DNA from: Spirochaetales bacterium
GTDB taxonomy: Bacteria; Spirochaetota; Spirochaetia; JABEVK01
Length of the DNA stretch: 64,000 bases
Reading direction: 5' to 3'
Assembly (NCBI GenBank): GCA_037142615.1
Contig: JBAXAI010000001.1
Span: 384,001 to 448,000 of the forward strand
Of the stretch, positions 49,050-57,424 are shown in pieces. The notes below the pieces were generated by a model, which made no database searches, had not been told where the DNA came from, and was given only the letters and a program-made list of their open reading frames with translations. The translations under genes were made by a program, and so were the position numbers. Position 1 is the stretch's first letter. Each line of letters begins with the position of its first letter.

Positions 49050-49489
49050 TCCCTGTTCCTGATCTGATTCGCTACAGCAGCAGCATAGGCTTGCTTCTTG
49101 GTGACCACCTTTGCCCCAATCGGAAATAGCACAAACGACCCCATTCTTACAAGCACGACCCCGACCGGTATTCCTACAATGGTGGCAAAGCTAATTACAC
49201 CCAGCACGAAGTACGTACTCGTTGCAATTAGGCCAAATGGGATCCACAGTGTATTCACAATGAGTCCTCCGATTCGTCTCACCGGCGACACGTTTTCTGC
49301 ACCCTTTAGCTCCGTTTCACGAATAACTTCCTTGCCGAACGGAAAGGCAGAAAGTTTTGCGAACTGAAGAAATGCCTTAGCCAGCGGGATCCCTACAATG
49401 GTCAAAGCAAAGACGCCAGCGGCCATGAGCCAAAGCACAGCTGACCAACTTCCGATAAAAACAAACCACAAAAGATTGAATAAACCCAT
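49046..49489 (-). CDS. yccF: YccF domain inner membrane protein (element cargo)
   Basis: NLLWFVFIG...TIVGIP...AFPFG duplicated motif. Confidence 0.88.
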   Translation of the reverse strand: MGLFNLLWFVFIGSWSAVLWLMAAGVFALTIVGIPLAKAFLQFAKLSAFPFGKEVIRETELKGAENVSPVRRIGGLIVNTLWIPFGLIATSTYFVLGVISFATIVGIPVGVVLVRMGSFVLFPIGAKVVTKKQAYAAAVANQIRNRE

Positions 49490-49740
49490 GATTGCAATTA
49501 TGGAAGCACTTCTTGGCGTGCGCAAGTCTTTTCGGACTTAACTTGAAACAACATATTGACCTTGCCGTCACTTTCCCTCGGGGCCAAGAAACCCATGGGA
49601 GATATGCGAGAAGGCCGAGTAGAGATGGCAAGGGGACGTCGAAAGACTCAGTTCTTGGAAGAGTTACCATAAAATTGCCAGAATACTCCACTATTTGCAT
49701 ACCCTGAAACAACTAGGCAACGGGTTCGACTCCCGTCACC

Positions 49741-49783
49741 TCCAAATAGCAAAACCCTCCGCTGGAGGGTTTTGCTATTTGGA
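49741..49783 (+). terminator. Perfect 20 bp hairpin after attR (probable original tmRNA terminator)
   Basis: TCCAAATAGCAAAACCCTCC-GCT-GGAGGGTTTTGCTATTTGGA. Confidence 0.75.
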
Positions 49784-50049
49784 AGGAGCTTTGGACAACC
49801 TTCAGGTTGCCCAAAGCGACCCCACTTGTCGGTAGCGCACAGCAAAGCAGAAAAGGCCCGCTGGTCGGGCAAAGTCCATCAATCCACACCTCCGCTGGAG
49901 GGTTTTGCTATTTGGAAGGAGCTTTGGACAACCTTCGGTTGCCCAAAGCGACCCCACTTGTCGGTAGCGCACAGCAAAGCAGGAAAGGCCCGCTGGTCGG
50001 TCAAGGTCCATCAATCCACACCTCCGCTGGAGGGTTTTGCTATTTGGAA
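49756..50049. repeat. 132-133 bp tandem repeat, about 2.2 copies
   Basis: Units start at 49756, 49889 and 50021 with CCTCCGCTGGAGGGTTTTGCTATTTGGAA; the two full units differ at only a few positions. Confidence 0.93.
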
Positions 50050-50146
50050 CCCGCGACCCCCGCAGTTGACGCTCGGCCAAGTTTACCGCACGATTACCGC
50101 ACAGTTCCCCCAGGGGAACCGCTCGTCTTTTTACCAGGAGGCCACC

Positions 50147-51133
50147 ATGGTCCGTTTCGGAATCCTTTCTACGGCAAAAATAGGCCGTGAGCACCTCATC
50201 CCAGCGCTCGTTGGCGCTACAGGCTGCTCGTTGACGGCCATCGCCAGCCGAGACTTGGGCAAAGCCCGTGAACTGTCGGACCGCTGGGCAGTGCCTCTGG
50301 CTTTCGGAAGCTACGAAGAGCTTTTGGCCAGCCCCGAAGTGGACGCCGTTTACATCCCTTTGCCAACCTCGCAGCACGTCGAATGGACAATCAAGGCCGC
50401 GAACGCCGGCAAGCATGTTTTGTGCGAAAAGCCCATGCTGCTCAACACGACCGAACTCGAGGCCATCCAGGCCGCAGCCGAGCGAAACCACGTTGTGGTC
50501 AGCGAAGCTTTCATGGTCACCTATTCACCGGTGTGGCTCAAAGTCAAAGACCTGCTCGCCTCGGGAGCCATCGGGACTCTCGGTCACGTGCAGGGGGCGT
50601 TCACGTACTTCAACAGCGACCCGGGGAACATGCGCAACATCGCGGCCCTCGGCGGCGGTGGGCTTCCCGATATCGGCGTGTATCCGACGGTCACCACCCG
50701 TTTTGCCACGGGCCGAGAACCGCTTCGCGTGCAGGCTGATACCCGCTGGGACCCTGTTTTCAAGACCGACATTTTCTCGACCGTTCGAGCCGACTTTGGC
50801 GACTTTGAGCTGAGTTTCTACATCTCGACCCAGTTGGCGGCCCGCCAGTTGATGGTGTTCCACGGGACCGAGGGGACGATCGAGGTCCGCTCGCCGTTCA
50901 ACGCCGACCGCTGGGGCGAGGAACTCCTCGAGGTGACCAGCCGCGACCACAGCGAGTCCCGCTTGTACCGCTTCCCTGCCGCCCAACAGTACCGCCGCGA
51001 GGTGGAAGCCTTTGCCCGCGCCGTGGGTGGCCAAAAGGGCCAGGTGTTCACGCTCGAAAGCTCGGGCCTCAACCAGCGGGTCATCGACGCCGCCTACCAA
51101 GCCAGCCGCCTTGGCGGTTGGCAACCGGTGTAG
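50147..51133 (+). CDS. Gfo/Idh/MocA family oxidoreductase
   Basis: [38 protein letters not shown]; AGGAGG RBS before ATG 50147. Confidence 0.93.
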   Translation: MVRFGILSTAKIGREHLIPALVGATGCSLTAIASRDLGKARELSDRWAVPLAFGSYEELLASPEVDAVYIPLPTSQHVEWTIKAANAGKHVLCEKPMLLNTTELEAIQAAAERNHVVVSEAFMVTYSPVWLKVKDLLASGAIGTLGHVQGAFTYFNSDPGNMRNIAALGGGGLPDIGVYPTVTTRFATGREPLRVQADTRWDPVFKTDIFSTVRADFGDFELSFYISTQLAARQLMVFHGTEGTIEVRSPFNADRWGEELLEVTSRDHSESRLYRFPAAQQYRREVEAFARAVGGQKGQVFTLESSGLNQRVIDAAYQASRLGGWQPV

Positions 51134-51137
51134 GGCC

Positions 51138-52055
51138 ATGAGCGTGGCCACCAAGCCCAAGCGGAGACCTCTGGGCTGGATCATCCTCATCTCGCTGGTA
51201 GCCGGGGTTGCCCTGGGGTTGCTGGTGACGAGCTTGCTTTCTCACCCCGCCCCATCCCGAATCTTCTATGCTTCCCGTCCTGCCGGAACGATGCTGGTGG
51301 CCCACATGGGCGGCGATAACTTGTATCCGGGTGACACCGGCTACGCCTACGAGCAGGCGAAACTTCTCGGTGCCGACGTGTTTGACGGCGATGCTCACAT
51401 CACCAAGGACGGTGTGATCATCCTGATGCACGACGAAGCAGTCGACAGGACAACCAACGGTCACGGCCAGGTCGAAGACCTGACGCTGGCAGAACTGAAG
51501 GCCCTGGACGCCGGCTACGGCTGGAGCCCCGATGGCAAGAGCTATCCCTTCCGAGGCAAAGGAATTACAGTTCCCACTCTCGAGGAACTCTTCCAACAAT
51601 ACCCCGACCAGAAGTTCCTCATCGAGATCAAGCTGTCGAAACTCCCCATCGCCGTGCCCATGGCGAAGTTGATCCGCAAGTACAACATGCAAGACAAAAT
51701 CGTCATCGCCAGCTTCCTCGACACGCTCATGCAGGAGTTCCGTCGGGCCGCTCCCGAGGTCGCGACCTCGGCAAGCAAAACCGAGGTGGTGGTGTTCGTT
51801 CTGCTTCAGAAAGTTGGCCTGAGCGGTTTGGTGAGCCCCGAGTACCAGTCGTTGCAGGTGCCGTTTGAAACCAGCGAATCGATGGGTATTCCCATCATGA
51901 CCAGCGAGTTTGTGCAGGCGGCCCACGCCAAGGGCGTCGCGGTCGAAGTCTGGACTCTCAACGAGCCCAACCTGATGAAAACCTACATCGACTGGGGCAT
52001 CGACGGAATCGACTCCGACCGTCCCGATGTTTTGAAGAAGGCGCTCGGCCGCTAG
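51138..52055 (+). CDS. Glycerophosphodiester phosphodiesterase family protein
   Basis: N-terminal TM, AHMGG, TKDGVIILMHD..VDRTTNG, IEIK, VWTLN, DGIDSDRP. Confidence 0.92.
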   Translation: MSVATKPKRRPLGWIILISLVAGVALGLLVTSLLSHPAPSRIFYASRPAGTMLVAHMGGDNLYPGDTGYAYEQAKLLGADVFDGDAHITKDGVIILMHDEAVDRTTNGHGQVEDLTLAELKALDAGYGWSPDGKSYPFRGKGITVPTLEELFQQYPDQKFLIEIKLSKLPIAVPMAKLIRKYNMQDKIVIASFLDTLMQEFRRAAPEVATSASKTEVVVFVLLQKVGLSGLVSPEYQSLQVPFETSESMGIPIMTSEFVQAAHAKGVAVEVWTLNEPNLMKTYIDWGIDGIDSDRPDVLKKALGR

Positions 52056-52978
52056 CCGCGGTACTTTGTGGTCTTTTCGCGAAGTCGCTCGACTTCGGCA
52101 CGAAGGCGGTTCAGAAAGGCATTCTTGGGCCATTTCTCGCCGGGAGGTTGCGGAGCCTGCCTGTCTTCGAAGTCGCTGCAAACCCGCCAAACCACCACCT
52201 CGGGCGGTAGCCTGACCAAGGCTTGGGCCACGGCGCTCAGGTATTCCTCGGGATCGACCGGCAGGATAAGCCCCTCCTGCCAGTCGAGGTGGAGTTTTGT
52301 CCCAGGCACCAGCATCAAATCGTGGAACTTGACACCCGAGGATCCGTGTTCAAGCGCGAACTCCACGGTGTCGAGAAACTCAGCCGTGCCTTCACCGGGG
52401 AGTCCATACATCACATGGGTGGTGAACTTGAGGTTGCGCTCGCGCAGACGGGCCGCCGCCGCCGTGTACGACTCCACGCTGTGACCGCGCCGGATGCGAT
52501 TCAAAGTTTCGTCACGGCAACTCTGCAGCCCCAGTTCCACCCAGACTTCGCGATCCGGGCTCTGATAACTGGCCAACAAATCGGCAACGGGAACGGGAAC
52601 GCAGTCGGGTCGCGTCGCTACCACCAGTTCGACGAAATCCGCCTGAGACAAGGCGGCATCGTAGACTCGGCGTAGGGTTTCGACCGGGGCCCAGGTGGAC
52701 GAGAACGCCTGAAAGTACAGGCTGAACCGCTTCTGCCCGTAACGTGAGGCAAGAAACTCGCGGGCCTGCCGAATCTGCCCCTCGATGTCGGTGGCCCCCG
52801 TTTGGTAAGGCGGACGGTTGGCCGACGCCGAGCAGAAACTGCAGCCGGGGTCGAGCCGATTGGCGCCACGGTTGGGGCAACTGAAGCCTCCATCGATGCC
52901 GATCCGCCCGACGTCCGCACCCCAGCGTTGCCGGTAGTACGACCGGGCGTCGCGCCACAGAGGCGAACCAACTTCCAG
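52052..52978 (-). CDS. yhcC: TIGR01212 (YhcC-type) radical SAM protein, probable CTG start
   Basis: Frame open upstream of the ORF-track start and containing GFSCPNRGANRLDPGCSFC and YFQAFS; ATRPDC, ELGLQS, IRRGH downstream. Confidence 0.85.
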   Translation of the reverse strand: MEVGSPLWRDARSYYRQRWGADVGRIGIDGGFSCPNRGANRLDPGCSFCSASANRPPYQTGATDIEGQIRQAREFLASRYGQKRFSLYFQAFSSTWAPVETLRRVYDAALSQADFVELVVATRPDCVPVPVADLLASYQSPDREVWVELGLQSCRDETLNRIRRGHSVESYTAAAARLRERNLKFTTHVMYGLPGEGTAEFLDTVEFALEHGSSGVKFHDLMLVPGTKLHLDWQEGLILPVDPEEYLSAVAQALVRLPPEVVVWRVCSDFEDRQAPQPPGEKWPKNAFLNRLRAEVERLREKTTKYRG

Positions 52979-52982
52979 AGGG

Positions 52983-53396
52983 TTACCTCTTCCAAAAGGC
53001 GGCCCACTGCCCTATGAAGGCTGCTGCCGGCTGAAAGAGCTGGATGCGCCAGTACCCGCCTCCAGGGTCGTGAACGACTTCGATCGTGTCGGTGGGAGAC
53101 ACGAGGCGGGCCCACCAGCCCTTGGCTGTCAGCTGCCGAAAGGTCACACCCGTGCGTTCAAGGACAACCGGCTTGGAAGGCGGTGGCGTCTTGTCGGCCC
53201 GAAGAGGCACGCCAAACAACGTAGGTACACCTTGCGCCGGGGAAAAATAGACGGCAGCCTCGCCAACGAACACGAAAACCAAGGACGGTCCGGGGGGGCC
53301 GAGCAAGACCCGTCCATAGGCCATCAGGCGCGGCGTTTCGCCCAGCAGCGCCTTTTGGGATTCGAGAAATTGTTGGCGCTGTTCCGATGTGTCCAT
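52983..53396 (-). CDS. Hypothetical protein
   Basis: 137 aa ORF ending 4 nt before the radical SAM gene, non-overlapping. Confidence 0.65.
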   Translation of the reverse strand: MDTSEQRQQFLESQKALLGETPRLMAYGRVLLGPPGPSLVFVFVGEAAVYFSPAQGVPTLFGVPLRADKTPPPSKPVVLERTGVTFRQLTAKGWWARLVSPTDTIEVVHDPGGGYWRIQLFQPAAAFIGQWAAFWKR

Positions 53397-53529
53397 AGCG
53401 TCAATATGCCCCGCCAGGCGCTTTCTGTCGAGGCGGCTGATAGTTTACCGATGTATAGCATACAGACATACCTTACAAATGCATTATTGATGCATGATCG
53501 GCGGCGATACTGTCATCAAGGAGGGTCCT

Positions 53530-54021
53530 ATGAAACCCCGAAACAACAAGAAGCCGCGAAACAAAATCGCTGGTCCTGTCGTCGTGATGCTTTGCATCAG
53601 TCTGCTGCTCGTTCTGTCCGGCAGCGCTGTCTTTGCTTTTCCAGAAGGCCCGGCGGTCGTCTATGACCCGGCTCCCCGTCTGCTGGAACTCACGCGGGCC
53701 GTTCACCAGCATATTCGGTTCGAAGGTGAGAGTTCTTCCCCTCGCCCGGCGACCCAGACACCTTCGGCAACGCTGAAAAGATTGGTGGGAACCGCGCAGG
53801 AACAGGTCCTTCTCCTCATGGCTGTCACGCAGAAGGATCTTGGTTTGGAACCCAGACTGGCCCTGATCCGACTCAGGCCCTCGGGCGAGCGCCGCGTCGT
53901 GATGGAATGGAGGGGGCTCTACTACGATCCCGGCCTAGGGGCTGTGTACGGCCAAAACGAAGTGGCCGGCGTCGTTCGGGCCGTGTCCTACGGCAGTGCC
54001 TTGACGCTGAACCGGCTGTAA
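53530..54021 (+). CDS. Exported hypothetical protein
   Basis: AAGGAGG RBS, basic N-terminus, hydrophobic signal ending AFA-like. Confidence 0.65.
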   Translation: MKPRNNKKPRNKIAGPVVVMLCISLLLVLSGSAVFAFPEGPAVVYDPAPRLLELTRAVHQHIRFEGESSSPRPATQTPSATLKRLVGTAQEQVLLLMAVTQKDLGLEPRLALIRLRPSGERRVVMEWRGLYYDPGLGAVYGQNEVAGVVRAVSYGSALTLNRL

Positions 54022-54045
54022 CGTCCTCGAGTCGGGCTCTAGGTC

Positions 54046-54405
54046 TCAGTCGCCCCCCGCATGGGCTTGGTAAAAGTCCAGATGGTACCATCGCCCTTGG
54101 ATCCGTGTGTTGAAGTCAACCGCGAGCGCGAGGTGCGGCGACACGACCGTCGGCGCCCGAAACGTCTGGGGTAGCGGCTGGGCCAGCTCGAACTTGATGT
54201 CGGGGTAGTGAGAGTTCGCTTCCCACTGCTGATAGGTCTGCCACGCAAACAGCAGGGCACTGGTGGCAAGGCAGGCACTCCCAATGATGGTCCTGATCCG
54301 ATCGGAACGTCGTGGCCAGTCGTTGCGCTCCTGCCTTACCGGGACGGGGGGCTCCGGTGCTGGCGGGAAGTCGCGGTGGGTACCTTGGTCCAAGAAGTCG
54401 TGCAT
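54046..54405 (-). CDS. Hypothetical single-TM membrane protein
   Basis: AGGAG RBS before ATG 54405; one hydrophobic helix. Confidence 0.6.
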   Translation of the reverse strand: MHDFLDQGTHRDFPPAPEPPVPVRQERNDWPRRSDRIRTIIGSACLATSALLFAWQTYQQWEANSHYPDIKFELAQPLPQTFRAPTVVSPHLALAVDFNTRIQGRWYHLDFYQAHAGGD

Positions 54406-54493
54406 ATAGCGCTCCTGACCCGAGTGTAGCTCGCCGTAGTGCACTGCTAGTGCAGGGGTCACACAACGTGTCCGCATCAGCTAGACTACACTC

Positions 54494-56440
54494 ATGACTC
54501 ACTACGGTTCGTACACGATCGGTTGGTTCCAGGTGGAACGAGAAGACTGGCTCACGGGCCAGCGCGACACGCTCGCGAAACGCACTTTCGGCCGCGAGTG
54601 GCTGCGCCTGTGCCGCGAGGCGGGCCCGCGTGCGCCCTGGGCCTGGGACGGCAAACTGCCCAACCCCGTGAGGCGGGTCACCGAGCTTCCGCGAACCGCC
54701 TTTGACGAGCTGATCCGAGCCCTGCATCAGAGCTTCCCGCGTAAAGTCCACCCCGAACCGTGGTTGCCCCTGCTGATCGAAGTGCTCCAAAGCCCCTTGG
54801 TCGACGACGAGGTCAAGTGCGACTTGTTGGTATGCGATTCAGCCCGGCCAATCTGGGACGACCTTGCTGCCGCGATTCCTTTTCCGCTGCACGAGCGACT
54901 GCGCCGGGCTTTTCGGCTCGAGGAACGCTGGACCGACATCGACCGTGAGGTAGATGCGGGTCTGCGAAAGATGGCCGAGGTGCTCGCTCAGCCGGAACTG
55001 AGTGCCCACTGGGATGACGTCCGCCGGCAGAAGTTTGAGGCCCGCCACCTCGAGGCCGAGCGCCAACGCGCAGAAGCCGAGCGCCTGGCCCGGGAAGAAG
55101 CGGCACTTCGCGACTCGCTGCGCACGGCGCGCCGCGACCCAGACCGGGGTGCCGTGGAACTTACCGACGAGTTCAAGCAGGCCTTCCGCACCATCGCAAA
55201 GGGCGTACAGATTCTGTTCGTCACAGGGAGGCCGGGCACGGGTAAGAGCACGTTTATCCGCGCGCTGAAGAGCGAACTTCGGAACCGAAATGTCGCCGTT
55301 TGCTCGTTCACCGGCGCAGCGGCGCTCAACGTTGATGGGCAGACCCTCCACAGCTTCTTCCAGCTGCCACCGCAGATTCTGGCCCCGGGAAGCCTGAGTA
55401 CCCCCAATTTCAAACTGCGGCAGAAGTTGCAGGCTCTCGAGGTGCTGGTGATCGACGAGGTGTCGCTGCTGAGGCCCGACATGGCCGACGCGCTGCACGA
55501 ACGCCTGACCACTTGCCGGGACGATCGGTCGCCCTTTGGTGGAGTGCAGGTGGTGCTCGTAGGCGACCTGTACCAGCTACCGCCGGTGGGAGGCCGCGAC
55601 AACGACGACGAGGCCAAGTGGCTGGCCCAAACCTACCCGCGAGGTCGATGGTTCCACGCCGCCCGCGTCTTTGACCGCGTAAAGGTCACCAAGCTGGAAC
55701 TGACCAAGGTGTTCCGGCAAACGCAAAGCGACTTTCTGACCTTTCTGGGTCAGGTGCGCGAGGGCACGCTGTCTGCCGAAGCGCTCGATGCCTTCAACGG
55801 GCGGGTGCTGGCCCTTCCCGCCTTCGCGGCCGACGAGTTCCATTCCCTGCTCGTGCCGCACAACAAAGACGTGAAAGTGCACAACCAGGCAAGGCTGGCA
55901 AGGCTTGGAGGAACCGAGAAGGTCTACCCCTGCGTTCTTCAGGGCGAAGAGCTCAAGGACAGTGAGACCCGTTACCCGGCCGACCGCGAACTGGTGCTCA
56001 AGCCCAAGGCGCAAGTCGTCTTCCTCAAGAACGACCCGGCCGGACGTTGGGTCAACGGAGACTTCGGTATCGTGGAAACCATGGAGGACGACACCGTGGT
56101 GGTCACAACGGCCAAGGGAACCCACCGCGTGGAGCGAGCCAGCTGGGACCTAGGCAAGTACGAGCTCGACACCGCGAGCAACCACCTGGAACTGGTCAAG
56201 ACCGGTACGTTCCGGCAGTTCCCGGTGCGTCTGAGCTGGGCACTCACCATCCACAGAATGCAGGGCCAGACCGTCGACCGAATGCTGCTCGATTTGGGCA
56301 CCGGGGCCTTTGAGCCCGGGATGACCTACGTGGCCCTTTCGCGCTGCCGTACGCTCGAAGGCATCCGCCTGGGCCGGGCGCTGGTCGCCGCCGACCTGAC
56401 CGTTGACCCGACCGTGGGGCCGTGGCTGGCAGCGCTGTAG
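54494..56440 (+). CDS. Pif1/RecD-like SF1B DNA helicase with about 215 aa uncharacterised N-terminus
   Basis: TGRPGTGKS, GQTLHSFF, VIDEVS, PFGGVQVVLVGDLYQLPPV, VFRQ, QFPVRLSWALTIHRMQGQT, YVALSR. Confidence 0.92.
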   Translation: MTHYGSYTIGWFQVEREDWLTGQRDTLAKRTFGREWLRLCREAGPRAPWAWDGKLPNPVRRVTELPRTAFDELIRALHQSFPRKVHPEPWLPLLIEVLQSPLVDDEVKCDLLVCDSARPIWDDLAAAIPFPLHERLRRAFRLEERWTDIDREVDAGLRKMAEVLAQPELSAHWDDVRRQKFEARHLEAERQRAEAERLAREEAALRDSLRTARRDPDRGAVELTDEFKQAFRTIAKGVQILFVTGRPGTGKSTFIRALKSELRNRNVAVCSFTGAAALNVDGQTLHSFFQLPPQILAPGSLSTPNFKLRQKLQALEVLVIDEVSLLRPDMADALHERLTTCRDDRSPFGGVQVVLVGDLYQLPPVGGRDNDDEAKWLAQTYPRGRWFHAARVFDRVKVTKLELTKVFRQTQSDFLTFLGQVREGTLSAEALDAFNGRVLALPAFAADEFHSLLVPHNKDVKVHNQARLARLGGTEKVYPCVLQGEELKDSETRYPADRELVLKPKAQVVFLKNDPAGRWVNGDFGIVETMEDDTVVVTTAKGTHRVERASWDLGKYELDTASNHLELVKTGTFRQFPVRLSWALTIHRMQGQTVDRMLLDLGTGAFEPGMTYVALSRCRTLEGIRLGRALVAADLTVDPTVGPWLAAL

Positions 56441-56462
56441 CCCCGCAACGAGCCGTGGGGAC

Positions 56463-56573
56463 TCAGAACGCGTTGGTCTCTGCGCGCAGCACGGCTACCA
56501 GGATCAGGGCCAGTACCAGGGCAATGGCGATTCGGGTCAAAACCGGCGGAAGGGAATCTTTCCAGCGTCTCAT
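56463..56573 (-). CDS. Small membrane protein (36 aa)
   Basis: MRRWKDSLPPVLTRIAIALVLALILVAVLRAETNAF; fills the intergenic gap; below the ORF-track cutoff. Confidence 0.45.
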   Translation of the reverse strand: MRRWKDSLPPVLTRIAIALVLALILVAVLRAETNAF

Positions 56574-56689
56574 GAAACTAGCTTGTCTCGGCCCGGTGCA
56601 CCGCCGGTGCAGTTCAGCGTTCACTCGCAGTTTGTTTCGGGGTCAGGGTTTACAGGTGTATACCAGAGAAAGCGCCATCAAGCCCAACA

Positions 56690-57415
56690 TCATGACTCCT
56701 TTTTCAACAGGACGGGCTCAAAGTCCGCATCGATGGTCAGAACGAGCGGTGGCTCACAGTCGGGGATGGTCGGTTGCAGGCGCACGTCGAGCGCGCCGTA
56801 CACGATGCCCATCAACCGGCGCAGACGCTCCACCGTGCCCGGAATCTCGACGCCACCGCGGAAGATCAGGCGACGGTGAAAGGAAATCTTCAAGGCCGAC
56901 GGCTCCTCGGAGGCGAAGCGGAGCGCGGTCGGTCTCAGGTAGGGAGCCCCGTAGGCGTCGTCTACGGAAAACCGAACCCGGTGCAGAATCCCCTTGATCT
57001 CGTCGGTGAACCCCTTACCGTCCGGGAACCGAGGCGACGCGTGGGGCACGTGCACCACCATCCCTTGCAGGAACGTCACCCCGGCCTTGCCCTCAACTTT
57101 CCAAAAGTTCTGCAGACTCCTGTCGGGGAACTCCAGGTCCACTTGAGCCGGCTCGGGGCTGTCGCGGGACAGCAAGGCCGGCATGGGAAGGGCGGGCAAG
57201 TCGCGGCAATACCCACAGGTGGGGTCGTTGCAGGCCCGGGAGCCCCACCGGTTGCAAGCGGGGCACCACGAGTTGTCGTGCTCGCCCTGGTAAACCATCG
57301 GGCGGCGGCCGCAGATCGTGCACGCTTCGTCGGGCATCATCTGCCCGGTCACGGTCCAGCCGTTGATCGACCAGTGGTATTGCCCCCGGCCCAGATACGT
57401 TCTGACTAGTTTCAT
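56690..57415 (-). CDS. Hypothetical protein with Cys-rich (zinc-binding-like) N-terminal domain
   Basis: CTIC, CPAC, CNDPTCGYC; GAGGCGAGGAG RBS region. Confidence 0.75.
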   Translation of the reverse strand: MKLVRTYLGRGQYHWSINGWTVTGQMMPDEACTICGRRPMVYQGEHDNSWCPACNRWGSRACNDPTCGYCRDLPALPMPALLSRDSPEPAQVDLEFPDRSLQNFWKVEGKAGVTFLQGMVVHVPHASPRFPDGKGFTDEIKGILHRVRFSVDDAYGAPYLRPTALRFASEEPSALKISFHRRLIFRGGVEIPGTVERLRRLMGIVYGALDVRLQPTIPDCEPPLVLTIDADFEPVLLKKES

Positions 57416-57424
57416 CTCCTCGCC

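Larger units (their letters stand above)
43932..49744. mobile_element. About 5.8 kb integrative element inserted in the tmRNA 3' end
   Basis: Exact 24 bp direct repeat CGGGTTCGACTCCCGTCACCTCCA at 43932-43955 and 49721-49744; integrase next to the left end; cargo visibly more AT-rich than flanks. Confidence 0.93.

Noticed and set aside
49721-49744. tRNA-like T-arm and acceptor end as a tRNA gene
   Set aside because: Only the 3' 24 nt are present and they are identical to the tmRNA end; it is attR
43932-49744. Complete prophage or conjugative element
   Set aside because: Too small; no capsid, tail, portal, lysis or type IV secretion genes between the att sites
49756-50049. 29 bp motif recurring three times as a possible CRISPR array
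   Set aside because: The intervening ~103 bp segments are near-identical, so it is a tandem duplication rather than repeat-spacer structure
49772-50146. N-terminal extension of the oxidoreductase given by the ORF track
   Set aside because: Translates the non-coding tandem repeat; the real start has an AGGAGG RBS at 50147
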